Part shown: in pieces, positions 42,661 to 56,851 of the stretch | Numbering within the stretch: position 1 is the stretch's first letter | Layout: the number at the start of each line of letters is the position of its first letter | From: the human T2T-CHM13v2.0 reference genome, Homo sapiens | Strand: one strand, 5' to 3' | Assembly: GCF_009914755.1 (NCBI RefSeq) | Contig: NC_060926.1 | Length of the DNA: 64,000 nucleotides | The notes under the pieces: generated by a model | Database searches by the model: none | What the model was told of the DNA's origin: nothing | What the model saw: only the letters and a program-made list of their open reading frames with translations | Made by a program: the position numbers and the translations under genes

Positions 42661-42868
42661 CAGTGGTTCTGAACTCAGGGTGATTTTCCCCCAGTTGACA
42701 TTTGACAATGGAAACATTTTAGATTGTCCCAAACTTGGGGTGCTGCTGGAATCCATTACAGTAGAGGCCAGAGATGCTGCTAAACATTCTGCAATGTACA
42801 GGGTGGCCCATCACCCAAAGAATTATCAAGCCTCACATGTGATTAGTGCTGATGTTGGGAAATCCTTG
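42661..42868. mobile_element. MER20 (hAT-Charlie)
   Basis: cagtggttct...ggtgatttt...gtagaggccagagatgctgctaaacattctgcaatgtacagg. Confidence 0.85.
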
Positions 42869-42948
42869 GTTAGCCCAAAGGCAGTGTTATTGCAGTGGAA
42901 AAAGAATGCTTCTAAACATTGTCATTTTGTCTGTCTGATCTAGTCAAA

Positions 42949-43062
42949 TTAAAACTTCTTGCAGGTAGGGAATTTGTCTGTATTGCTCACTGCTTTATGA
43001 CTAGCACTTAGGACAATGCCTGGCACACAGTAGCTACTCAATAAATAAGAAATGAATGAGTT
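42949..43062 (+). mobile_element. L2 3' end
   Basis: 'acaatgcctggcacacagtagctactcaataaat...aatgaatga'. Confidence 0.8.
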
Positions 43063-43234
43063 GAAGATTGAGAAACCACAGCAGGAGAGGCCTTGGCAGT
43101 GTTCTATTTGAGCTGACAGGGACCCCTGGAGTGTCAGAAATAAGTGTACTGGTACCCTAAAACTCCTAACACTGTCCACCTTGTCTGAATATCCTAGGAA
43201 ACTAATACAAAGAGCTAGAGCTTAAAAAAAATAG

Positions 43235-43575
43235 AACAGATAATATTTTGTACTGTATATATTTTAGGGGTACGACACAATCTTTTTGCATACATATATA
43301 TATAATGAAATTATTACTACAGTCAATCAAATTAACGTATCCATCATCTCACATAGTTATCTTTCTGCTTGTGTGTGTGTGTGCACATGTGTGTATGGTA
43401 AGAGCGCCTAAAATCTTTCTTAGCAAATTTCCAATATGGAATACAATATGCTAGCTAGAGTTCTCATGCTGCGTACATTAGATCTTTTGGCTTATTCATG
43501 CTACATAACTGCAACTTTGTACCCTACATCACCCCATCCTCCTACCCCTTGCATCCACCATTTTACTCATTATCA
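43235..43575 (-). mobile_element. L1MA 3' UTR fragment
   Basis: 'tgtatatatttt..ggggtac', 'atcaaattaacgtatccatcatctcacatagttatc', 'cataactgcaactttgtaccct'. Confidence 0.75.
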
Positions 43576-43883
43576 CTGTCTTATACCTCCACGTCCTATC
43601 CCATTGGAAGGTCTTCAGGGAAAGATAGTAACAGGCACGGAGCTGCTACCTCCTATGATAACAATGCCTTCTTGTGGAATACATCCTGAAGGACTTGCCA
43701 GAGGCTGTTTTACAGTTAACTATTTTCTTTCTGTAAGGAGTACACTCCAAAATAACAACTAAAAGTGTGTTACAGTAAATACTAAGTGACAGGAATTTTT
43801 CAGCTCCATTATTATCTTATGGGACCACTGTCATTTATGTTGTCCCTCATTGACAAAAACATTGCATGTGATGTATGACTGTA
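43576..43883. mobile_element. Tigger3/GOLEM-type fragment
   Basis: 'tcccattggaaggtcttcaggg...ctcctatgataacaatgccttctt...ggaatttttcagctccattattatcttatgggacca...atgactgta'. Confidence 0.8.
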
Positions 43884-43928
43884 GTAAAAATAGGCATTCT
43901 TTAAAGTCAAACAGTTTGATGTAAATAT

Positions 43929-43976
43929 TATTAGATTGGTGCAAAAGTAACTGTGGTTTTGACATTAAAAGTAATA
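43929..43976. mobile_element. MADE1 half element (mariner MITE)
   Basis: tattagattggtgcaaaagtaactgtggttttgacattaaaagtaat; second TIR absent. Confidence 0.8.
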
Positions 43977-44282
43977 TATCTCGCCATTAAAGACATTTAA
44001 AAATTATTCCTCAATTCATATTTGTACTAAGCATTCATTTTTACAACATTTTTGGAAAATTCCTGGGGCTAGGAATAGGAGCACAACTATTACTGAGACC
44101 AGAAGCCAGAACTGCCAGACCAACATTCATACTGAGAAAAGGATAATGTAGTCCTATGTTGCCAGAACCTGTCCTAACTGAATAATATGAGGGCTGGTTT
44201 CGAGCCATCCTTTCTTCTTTCTCAAATCATGATTTGTAATCAAGGGTCTTTAGTCTTTGTCTATATTTAAGTGATTTTATAT

Positions 44283-44527
44283 TATTATGGATTGAATGCG
44301 TGTGTCCTCCCCAAATTCATATGTTGAAATCCTAACCTCCTTCCACCGTGTGACGACAGAGTGAGAAGACAGCCTTCTATGAACCAGGAAGTAGGCCCTT
44401 ATCAGATATCAAATCTGGCACCTTAGTCTGGGCTTCCCAGCCTCCAGAAATGTGAGAAATAAATGCTTGTTATTTAAGCCGCACATTTTATGGTATTTTT
44501 GTTATAGCAGCCCAATTAACTAACACA
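44283..44527 (+). mobile_element. MLT1A-like LTR with internal deletion
   Basis: 'tgtgtcctccccaaattcatatgttgaaatcctaacc' joined to 'cttcccagcctccagaaatgtgagaaataaat...gttatagcagccc'. Confidence 0.8.
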
Positions 44528-46629
44528 TACTTAACACCACTGGTCTTTTTACTATAGTTTTCTCATTCTTGAATGTTTCACTTTAACCTATTTTCTCATT
44601 AGCTGGATTTGGTTGTTGAGTAGTTTTCTTTTGGGAATTTTGGTTTTCTTTGTTGGTCAGCAAGGACTCAAGGATATTTTATTCCCTAAAGGATCTCAGG
44701 GAAATCTAAATATCTGAAAGTATCTGTCCGTAGCTTTTACACCTGGATGAAATTTTGTGTATGTATTCTAGTATGATACTTTCTTTTTCTCAGGATGATG
44801 TGTTTCATCATTGCCTTTGGGCTTTGAATGTTGTTGTAGAAATGTCTAAAATCGGCTTTTTTTTTTTTTCATCTTTGTTAGAAAATTTTCTTCCCAGAGT
44901 TCTTTTTGTCTCTTCAAGTTTGGTCTCTTAAATAGTATAATTCTCTGTGTTAATTGTCTGTGTCTATTATAATTTGAACACAATTTTTGCTTTTGACCAG
45001 CAGATTACACTCAGAATATTGTCTTCTGTTAAATTTCAACATTCTCTGCTCCATTTGTGTGGTTTTCTACTTCTGAGATATTTATAATAGATTATTCCTC
45101 TTCCATATATTATTCTATTCTCTATAATGTGTGTGCTCTTTTCCTTGTTATTCAACTTTTAAAAAGGCAAGTTTGTCTTCTACATAATTTTTTTTCTCAG
45201 GTGTGTCTAGTCTGTTCATTGATATTTTGAATTTATTAATTAGCTTTTATACTGCAGCTCATTTGGCTGTCAGGTTTGCTTTTGCACTTAAGAATTATTA
45301 TTCATTTTAGTCTGTTATCAATTGTCTTATGTTTCAGCTCTGATATTTTGTTTAATATACTTACTACATTCTTTGCTAATGAGTGGCTCTCTTGGGGAAT
45401 TTTCTTCTGCTTCTTGGACTTATTTTCCATATTGGATTATTTATCTGACTTATTAGCATGTTAGGTTTCTGTCCACCCTGGCACCCCTTGTGATGGCATA
45501 TTTACAGAGTTGCTATGATTTTCTTTAGAGTCACCCCCGTCACCCCCTTTCAACTGGAACTATCTGTTAAGATTATCTACGTGCTATGTAGGTTGGGAAT
45601 GTATTCTTCTCAGCCCCTTCCCACAGCCTCTGAGACCGACTCTACAATGCCTTCCATCTACAGTTTGTGGTCTGAGCATTTTATTCTCTGGCCATTCTTT
45701 TCTGGGCCTCAGGATTTCAAAGCAATGCAGAGCAAAGCAAAGCTCAGCACTGGTTATATTTTTTGCCTTAAATGGGATTAAATTGTACAAACTTCTCAAA
45801 AAATTTTTCCCACTTCACACTATGTCTTAGAAATCATTCCATAGCAATACATTTAAATTTACTTCATTATTTTTTTGATAATTAGCTGCATAAAACCTAA
45901 CTAAAGATACATGGATAGTCAAGTTGTTTTAAAGAGGGATTTGATGATGATCATAAACATACAGAATAAAAATGATTGGAAAATGTAAATTCAAAAATGA
46001 TGGCTGGGGAGAAAACAGAATACAAATAGGAGAGTAGGAATCATACAAAAGAATTATGAATGAATAAATTAGTCATGCCATCATCTCAATTTTCTTTTTA
46101 CATCTCTAGTTATGCCATATTAATTACAGTGCAGAATTTATATATGCACTACAATTTTCCTAGCAGCTATTTTTTTTATTGATATCAACAGTGACTATAG
46201 TACTTTCACAAAGTGGGATTATCACTTAAATTTTATTTTATGTAAATTATAGTTCATTCAACATTTTACATTATTTGTTATTGTCTCCCTTTACATGAAT
46301 TTGTTGGTTTGCCTAATCCATTTTTTTCAACTAAGCTCATTGGTGGTATATTTATATATGCAAACACATAGGTATTCCATACACCTTTCTGCTCCAGATG
46401 TTGCTTATTGGAAACCTGCTTATTTGCTTTTGAATATCTTAATAGTAAGTACAAACATGGATTTTCTTATTTTGAGAGCATAAATAAGACAAATAATTTA
46501 TCAATAACATTCTACTGGTAATAAAACAGAAAACAAATTACCCTATCTTAAATCATACACTTAAGAAAATGCTGTAATTTTTGTAAAAGTTTGAATGTAG
46601 TAGTTGATCATTACAGAGTTTCTTAATAA

Positions 46630-46992
<363 letters not shown>

Positions 46993-47403
46993 TAACCTTT
47001 CCACTTTACCACAAGCAATACCATGCCTCTTATTCCTCCCAACTTTAGTAAACTTTTGGCCGATAGTGATAGCAATTGATGAGTAATTCAAAGAATACTC
47101 TGATTTATATCTCTTTCCTCCTGTCTTATTTGAAAAGCATATTGTAGATAATATGGACTTCGTATTTTCCTTTACTATTGTTAACTTTAATGAAGTAAAT
47201 TCTACCTCAAACAATGGTTTTCATGTTCGCCAACAAGTTTACTTGAGAAGGCCCTTACTATTGTCTATTTCTATTAATTACTTAGTCTTCTCAGGACAAT
47301 TCTCTATCTTTCATAGTCAATTGTCTTTCCCTTCCCACACACCTCCTTACTTTTCTCTCACATTCCATTTATCATATTTAATGCTTCCAAACTCATCAGA
47401 TAT

Positions 47404-47739
<336 letters not shown>

Positions 47740-49124
47740 TAATGATCATGGTTCACTATACCCAGGAAATGGGACATTATAAACTTTCAAATCATATTCT
47801 AGAAATTAACCCATCTGTGTCACCTATCTAAATAATCCTTAGAAGTTCAAATCTTCCTAAATCTGTTAATCTTCTGCACATATCTACTTAATATTCTTTT
47901 TCTCCAGTATCGTTATTTATGATCAATATAAAACAAAACAATATGTTACTATAATGTTTATTTTATAATTTATGTTCATGTATTTGTTTCTAAAATTTTG
48001 ATTCTAGTATGTAGTCATTCAACCTATTAGAAAGTAAGTATATGTATTATGTATGAGCCAGCTTGGGAGACTACACATATATATTTAATTGGTTTTTACA
48101 AGATATGAGCCAAGAAATACATCGATGACCTACAGATGAGTTGTATTTTTAAAATGTACTCGAACATTGCAGATTCCACATACAGTGAGCTGTCCTCTGT
48201 TACGATTTTGGATGTGAAGTAAAATGCATCATTCTGTTGTGTGAGTAACAGCCTCAGAGATGGTGAACTAGACCCAGGAAGGGAGAAAGCAAGTTAGAAG
48301 GTGGATCAAAGGTAGATCTGTGTTAGAAGTGTGGTGGCACTGAATTTAGCAATATTTAAGGAGATTATGGAAATTCGTGTGAATTACAGACAGGTGAGGA
48401 GGTCAATTTTTAAATGACACCATTCATAGCCAAAGTTCTGTGACAACATATTCAGAAATTGGAAGTAAATTCTAGTCTAGTAGATGAGTTTTGTCATGAG
48501 GGATTCAGATATGGTCAGAAGTAGATTAATTGTACAAACAGGGAAGCAGGAAGATTCAGGGAGTCAGGCAGGAACAGGTACTAGAAACCATGGTAAGGCC
48601 AAAATCTAAATAGATTTTTTGTTAGAAAAGAAATTGATATCCAAGTAAAAGCGATGCATGTAGGCTGTAATCTCTGGGTATGAGTACTCATTTCGTGCTT
48701 ACCCTGTTCCTGCAGAAACAAATTATGTATTAACTCTCCCTCTCACTGGCCATTTCTTCTGTGAATAATTCCCTCTCTCCTATCCCCCCTCCATAACTGT
48801 GCATTCAATATATCTTGTATTCTAAGATGTTGCTTATCGTACATTAATTAACATGTGCTAATTTATCATTAATGATATATTTTTAAATTCTTTTATCCAC
48901 AAGGTAGAAACTTGTAATCGATTTTCTATCAGTAATATTTCTCTTTCATTTAAACACTCCTGATTTCTGGGTATATATCCCTTTTAAGCTAATGAGAAGA
49001 GCTTTCAGCTAACTGACTTTTGCTGCAGTTGAAATTTTCAATCTCATCAAGTCTCAACAATCTCTCTTCCCTACACAATGCAAGAATTTCAGTCCCATCA
49101 ACATTTGTAATTTATTTAAAGCGC

Positions 49125-49335
49125 GTTGCAAAAAGAGCATAGGCTATGGAGTTAAACCACTATTGTTCAAGTCTCCCCTCTCCTATTGAGTAGATGTATA
49201 ACTTTAATTCAGCCACTTCACCTTTGTAAGAACTTTCAGCACTCTCGCCTGTAAAGCAGAAATAAAACTAATCACATTTTAGGAATTTTGTAAAGGTTAC
49301 ACAAAATAATATACATTAAAATCTTAGCATATAAT
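49125..49335. mobile_element. MIR relic
   Basis: 'aaagagcataggctatggagttaaacc...gttcaagtctc...ctgtaaa'. Confidence 0.5.
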
Positions 49336-49372
49336 TAAAACTGAAAAGATCTTAGAAACTTGTCCCTTTTAC

Positions 49373-50187
49373 TTCATCTCTCTCAAGTTCAAAGTTCCAC
49401 AGATCTCTAGGCAGGGTCAAAATGCCACCAGTCTCTTTGCTAAGGCATAGCACGAGTGACTTTTATTCCAGTTCCCAACCAGTTCCTCATCTCCATCTGA
49501 GAGCACCTCAGCCTGGACTTCACTGTCCATATCACTATCAGCATTTCGGTCAAAGCCATTCAGCAAGACTCTATGAAGTTCAAACTTTCCCACATCTTCT
49601 GACCTTCTTCTGAGGACTCCAAACTGTTCCAACCTCACCCTGTTACCCAGTTCCAGAGTCACTTCCACATTTTTGGGTATATTTTTATAGCAGGATCCCA
49701 CTGTCTACGGTACCGATTTGTTGTATTAGTCCATTTTCTTTTTTCTTTTTCTTTTTTTTTTTTTTTTGAGACGGAGTCTCGCTGTGTCTCCCAGGTTGGA
49801 GTACAGTGGCGCGATCTCGGCTCACTGCAAGCTCCGCCTCCCAGGTTCATGCCATTCTCCTGCCTCAGCCCCTCCCAAGTAGCTGGGACTACAGGCGCCC
49901 GCCAACACGCCTGGCTAATTTTTTTGTATTTTTAGTAGAAACGGGGTTTCACCGTGTTAGCCAAGATGGTCTCGATCTCCTGACCTCGTGATCCACCCGT
50001 CTCGGCCTCCCAAAGTGCTAGGATTACAGGCGTGAGCCACCGCGCCCGGCCAGTCCATTTTCATACTGTTATAAAGAACTGCCTGAGACTGGGTAATTTA
50101 TAAAGGAAAGAGGTTTAATTGACTCACAGTTCAGCATGTCTGGGGAGGCCTCAGGAAACTTACAAACATGGTGGAAGGCAAAGGGGA
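49373..50187 (-). mobile_element. THE1/MST MaLR fragment: part of 5' LTR plus start of internal sequence
   Basis: LTR end 'tgtattagtccatttt...gagactgggtaatttataaaggaaagaggtttaattgactcacagttc'; internal ORF 49417-49701 ([10 protein letters not shown]...VQAEVLSDGDEELVGNW). Confidence 0.9.
49735..50051 (-). mobile_element. AluY (Yk11/Yk12-like variant set) inside the THE1 LTR
   Basis: CpG-rich; TSD agtccattttc; sense-strand variants tcctagc, gagacggg, catcttggct, cgtttctac, gtgttggcg, tccaacctgggagacac. Confidence 0.9.
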
Positions 50188-50693
50188 ATTGTGATTTATA
50201 TTGAAATACTGCATATAATATTACTGCTGTTTGATTTTATACATTCAAAAGTTAGACATAGCAAAAAAAGACCTTTATATTACATAATGCAAGATCATTC
50301 AACAATGATCTCCAAAGAAACTTCTAAATTAAAAATTCATAGAGGACACAGCTGTAAAGTGTTATGAATCAGATTAAGCAAATATATAAATAAAAGAATT
50401 ATATTCATCTCCACAAAAGCCATATTTTGAAAACATATAATAGCTCATCTAAAATGTACTACACATTTTCTAACATAATATATTTAAATATCAGTGTTTA
50501 TTAAGCAATATTCGATGTTACCTCGGTGAAATAATGAAATATTGAATTTATTACATCATAAAAGATAACAGAGAGGCTTAATACAAAAATAACTAACTAA
50601 ATGATAATGACAATTTATTATGTAACATTATAATTTGCATTCCATGATAATCAGCAGCATATTTTGAAAATATATTGAAAGAATATTAGTGTC

Positions 50694-50993
<300 letters not shown>

Positions 50994-51480
50994 TTAGTGT
51001 CTCTGTGGAAAGGCAATAGTCATAAGAAGCCACCACTAACTTCATATTTCTAAGTAACACTCACAGACGGATGCTGAAAGGCATACAGAAGAGTTAACTT
51101 TAAACTTGATGTTTTCTTGTTGTTCTTCTGCATGAGTGACCCTATCGTAAGAGGAACAAACTATTAAGCTTGAACATTTGTGAACATAGGTAAGGACTGA
51201 CAAGAAAGAAAACAACAAAGTTATGTTGACAAGCATCGGACTATGGAGTCTTTTATAGGGCTTTGCAGTACATAATATGCAATTTCTATGATTGACTATG
51301 ATGAAAACTGCTTTCAAGCAGGCTAGTCAACCATACCTGGGATCAGTTTCTGGGAGAAAAACAGAAGTTAAAATGTACCTAGTTGCTCTGCTCTTCCATA
51401 CAGATGCCTAGGTCTCCATAACTGTCCCTGGAAATTCTCAGAGCAACTAAAATGTGACACAAAATTAAATGTCTCAAATA

Positions 51481-51600
51481 AGTTATTCTCAAACTTTAGT
51501 ATGCTTAACAAAATTACCTTGACTACCCCAATATCAGGGCCCCAACAACAGGAATTCTGATTCAATCCAATAAGTCAGTGTAGAAATCTGCATTTACAAG
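51481..51600. mobile_element. MER5-type hAT relic
   Basis: 'ttctcaaacttt...gggcccca...attctgattca...aatctgcattt'. Confidence 0.55.
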
Positions 51601-54593
51601 CATACGGCGTCAATTAGATAGGGGATCAAGAAGGCTTCTAAGTACATAATATTTAATTTTATTAGATCTCTAAATCTTCTGACACTCGTTGCTTTCAGCA
51701 ATATTAAGATGTTGAGGATGACCTTATACTTAAGTTCCATACTACTTGAGCATTTAGTTCTACCAAGTGGAAAGGATGATGTGAGCTTTATTCTGCCTCT
51801 GTTCTTATCAACAGAGAGTCCAAATGCAAGGGTCAAGGAGTATCAGGAGGAACAACAGCTTCCTCTGATTTATCTTGATACATGCAGGCAATGGTCTTTC
51901 ACTAGTAAGTATTGGCAAATAGACCATAAACATTGGTTTAGAATTCTACAGTGGTGAAAGAAAAAGCCCATGAACAAGACATTATCGTGATCCAGATGCC
52001 AGGATGCAAAGAACGAACTTAATTTATGCAAAACGTGTTTCAATAGTATGTGTTAGTACATAGGGAATCTATGGGGTGGTGTAAAGAGTTGATTTAACAA
52101 ATCTCTGTGGAATTTCCTGATACCACTCAGGACAAATACTCCATAGTGAACAAGACTTCTACAGCCTTTCTACAGGACAGAAAGCTTTCTACCACTTTCT
52201 TAAGACTGCAACTGGTGATAAGGGATCTTGTTAGGAATAAAGAAGAAAAGAAATACATACTGATCTCTCTGGATGAATAAAGCTCTAGTATTTATGAATC
52301 ATTAAGTCTTCATCATAACCCTGCCTGAAGGGGATAATAGAGTCGTTTTCCAGGCAACAACACTTTTATAGCATCACTTCAATTTTGAAATCATGAGTAG
52401 TTCAAGTTATTTTTTCTTAATATCTCTTTGTATGCTATTATGGTGTTACCATGCAAATTGGGAATTAGGTGACAGGGTATGAAAATGTTGTATGTGTGCA
52501 CATTAAAATGTTGCCATATAGCAGAAAGCAAAAACATTTTCCATAAGTGTGCTGACAGATGAAAATTTTATAGCAGACATCTCTCAGAAGTCATCTGCAT
52601 TCAAGTTGAATATATGAAGAAATTATATTGTGTCCTCCCTAAGAAAATAATTGCAATTATGAAAACTAAAAACCAAAAACCTAGTCCCTCTACTTGGCCC
52701 AATTGACAGGCCACTGCATATTACTTAGTATTTTTTGTATCCTCTTTCCACTTGCAAAGGAAAACAACCTAAAATGCTTTGGCCTGCAGTATTTTAATAT
52801 GATTTTCCCTTAAAACTCTCCTTTTAAGCTAAAGACAATAGAAAGTAATTTGGTAACACAATATCTTAAAAGTACTAAAGACATTGTAGAATATGAATGC
52901 ATGAAATGCTCACACTGAGTTTGCAGAAGTGTGCTAATGAGCCACACTTCCATTCTGAAATGTTTCTGCAATTCTTCTATTTGATCCCAAACAGCTTCTC
53001 ATTTTTAAAACTAATATTTAATAACTTTTGTCTAGATATAAGCATTATTAATTCTAGCAAATGCTCTGTAAAATTTCTACAACTAAAACCAGACTTAGCT
53101 TCTTTTATATGTATTTAATATTTAGAGAAAATGAAATTACTTCAATGTAATTCAAATCTCTATCATTATTGCAAGGGAAACCCACTAGTAGGACTTCATA
53201 TCACAGTCTGCATGATTGTTCACTCTCCATATTTACATTGTTACACCTACACTCATCTTTTCTGATGTAACATATTCAATGAAAACTTCATTCACTCAGC
53301 CATTACTGAGATCCCACTCTCTTCTGAGTATTACATTAAGAAATAGAAATAGAAAGTGTTGTCTCAAGGTTCTATCTCCTTTCTGGTCTGTCCCACCACT
53401 CTAAGGAACTGCACAGGACCCTGAGCAACAGTCAGTCTCAGCTACCACAGACCACACTTTCTTTCATGCAGTGAATTCTACAGCTGGGTAGAATCAGTGA
53501 AGAAATGTAGAAAAATCACTAGACAATTTATTAATTTATCTGACTTTATTAGAGTAAGCATGAGCAGCAATGGGCTTATAGAACTTCAAAAATTTTCAAA
53601 TAAGTGTATTTATACTAACAAATCCATTTTCCAGTCAACTATCTACCCACAAACAATCACTTCTTTTTCTTCTATACTTCACACAGTTTTCCACTTGGTG
53701 TCAAGAGGAGATTGACCAACTGTCTGGGCAAGCCCTTGTGTACCCAATTTAACCTTGGAATGTCCCTCCTTATATTACCATGACTTACTATGCAGAAGAC
53801 ATGGTATTCTCTGTACCTGTTGGATCCAAGATAGTGCTTTCTTGGCATCTTTCCCATATTCCATCATATTATAACTTAAGGTCAAAGCTATCCACATGAC
53901 AAGATACTTTTTTACCGATCCTAGATTGTGTTAAAATGATAACGTTTTTAACAATCCTTGCACTTTCCAAATCACTTTTTGGTACAGGCATTATCAAAAT
54001 TTATTTAGGAACTATAATCCAGACTTTAACCTAAAAATATATGTTATGAATTTTACTTTATCAGTTTTTTTCTCCCCACAATAAAGTTAAATAAAATAGA
54101 CTCCAGGTATCCCAATTAATTTTGCTCATGACTGTGAGCAATCATGATCAATCAACATTACAATCCTTCTTCATTTAAGTTGTAATATTGCCATTTATAT
54201 TTCAATACAAAAATATATATGTGAAAATGATGCGTTTGTTCATAAGCTAGATGATATATATGTACTAAAATAAGCCTGCTGCTCTACCCAGTTCTTGAGG
54301 TCTTCTGATATATACTAGGGTGGTTTGAATTGACGACATTATTTTTGATTCAGTTACTTAACTGAAGGCATTTAAGAGACTACTGTCTCACTGAGAGGAA
54401 TTTCCACTTTTGGTGGTCACCAAAGGAAGAGCAACCTAATATAGCTAGTTCCAGCTTCATGCAGAAAATCTCACGTTCTCATCTTTATTTTAATACACTT
54501 ATGAGACAGCAGAGCCCAGAGATAATTAAGATTGTGTTGGATTTGTTTTGCAGGTGTGTGTGTGTGTGTATATATGATATGCTTTACTTTATG

Positions 54594-55213
54594 TTTCTTT
54601 TTTTTGGGTTGGGGGGAGATGGAGCCTTGTTCTGTCGCCCAGGCTGGAGTGCAGTGGTGAGATCTCTGCTCTCTGACTGTAATCACTGCCTCTTGGGTTC
54701 AAGCAAACCTCCCACCTCAGCCTCCTGAGTAGCTGGGATTACAGGCCTGCCCCACAATGCCTAGCTAATATTTTTTTTTTTTTTTGAGACAGAGGAGTCT
54801 CACTTTGTTGCCCAGGCTGGAGTGCAGTGGTGTGATCTTGGCTCACTGAAACCGCTGCCTCCTAGGTTCAAGTGACTCTCCTACCTCAACCTCCCCAGTA
54901 GCTGGGATTACAGGTGTGTGCCACCAGGGCTGGCTAATTTTTGTATTTTTAGTAGAGATGGGGTTTCACCATGTTGGCAAGGCTGGTCTCGAACTCCTGA
55001 CCTCAAGTGATCCACCTGCCTCAGCCTCCCAAAGTGCTAAGATTACAGGTGTGAGCCACTGCGCCTGGCCCCCTGGCTAATTTTTGTATTTTTAGTAGAA
55101 ATGGGCTTTCACCATGTGGGCCAGGCTGGTCTGCAACTCCTGGCCTCAAGTGATCCACCCACCTTGGCCTCCCAAAGTGCTAGGATTACAGGCGTGAGCC
55201 ACCACATGCAGCC
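54594..55213 (-). mobile_element. Nested Alus: AluS (54771-55070) inserted in the linker of an older Alu
   Basis: Inner TSD cct(a/g)gctaat (54760-54769 / 55072-55081); outer TSD tactttat..ttcttt (54585-54600 / 55214-55229). Confidence 0.93.
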
Positions 55214-55320
55214 TACTTTATAGTTCTTTGCTTTGCTTTGACCTCAATAAAGTTAGATAAGAAATACATGCTATTCTCCATATATTTATTTTAAGTAGAT
55301 GCTTCTGACTTTAAAAGTAG

Positions 55321-55764
<444 letters not shown>

Positions 55765-56448
55765 GTCAGTGTTGTTGTTGTTTGTTTGTTTTTTTAACTG
55801 CAATGCACATTTTAATATTTCCTGCTTCTGAATTCATTGATGTGATAGTTCTAATAAATCAAATCTTTCTGAGTAAGAGAGATGTTACTAACAGACAGGT
55901 CACAAAACCTTATGTGCCTTCAAATGAATTCAATATTTCTAATTCCTTTTTCCCTCAAGAATGCATTTGCTTTCTACATTGCTTCAGAGTTGAACCCTCA
56001 ATCATCTGTCAGCATGTGTTCTTAGGGCAACATTTCTGAGATGATAAAAGAATTTTAAACAGGAAAAAGAATCTTAACTATATTTAGTCTAAAAATCTGT
56101 CAAGTAGATCGTGAATGGCTACATGGATGTAACCTGATTAGCTCCAGACAAGTGTGAGAAACATAAAAATATAATTCAGCTTGGCTGTGTATCATATCCA
56201 TTTACAATGGATCATATGTATCATAACGTATTTAGTTTAATTGAGTTAATAAGGAGGGTGCATGTATTCAATTCCATCACATATTGTATTCTACACTTGA
56301 AAAAGTACTTCAATGTATATTATCAGATTTAATTCTCACAGCATCCCTGAGACAGATGGTATGATGCCCACTTTACAGATGATGAAATTGAAATTCAAAG
56401 AAGTGTTTTAAAGGAAACACTTTATATATTACATTATATATATATAAT

Positions 56449-56623
56449 AAGCAGAAGATGAAAAAGGGGGAAACAGAAAAGATAAGTAGATAATTCTGTC
56501 AGCAGCCACAGACATCACAAGAACTCAAAGAGCACAGCACTGGCAGGGTGTGGGAGGCATTTTGCAAACAAGCTTGCCATGCTGCAAAAATTATTCTCCA
56601 TAAGGGGTTTAGTTGTGAGCTGT
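56449..56623 (+). repeat. 175-bp copy of 58399-58573
   Basis: Direct alignment at offset 1950, 3 substitutions. Confidence 0.97.
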
Positions 56624-56656
56624 TATATATTTTATATATATAACATCCATATATAT

Positions 56657-56851
56657 ATGTTTTATATATATAAATAAATTTACTCTTGCCATTGTTTGGG
56701 TACTCTAGGAAGCATGCTGGAGGAGGAGCTTAGTTTGCAGGATGTCTGTTAGAGAAAACCCTTGGGATCAACACATGTTGAATAGAGGGGAAGGAAACAT
56801 AATTGGTCAGATGAAGTCAACCCGTGATAGAGGCTCAGCGACAACCTCAGA
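56657..56851 (+). repeat. 195-bp copy of 60353-60547 (flank plus LTR16 end)
   Basis: Direct alignment at offset 3696, 5 substitutions. Confidence 0.97.

Noticed and set aside
43929-43990. MADE1 as a miR-548-type hairpin
   Set aside because: Only one terminal inverted repeat is present, so the hairpin cannot form
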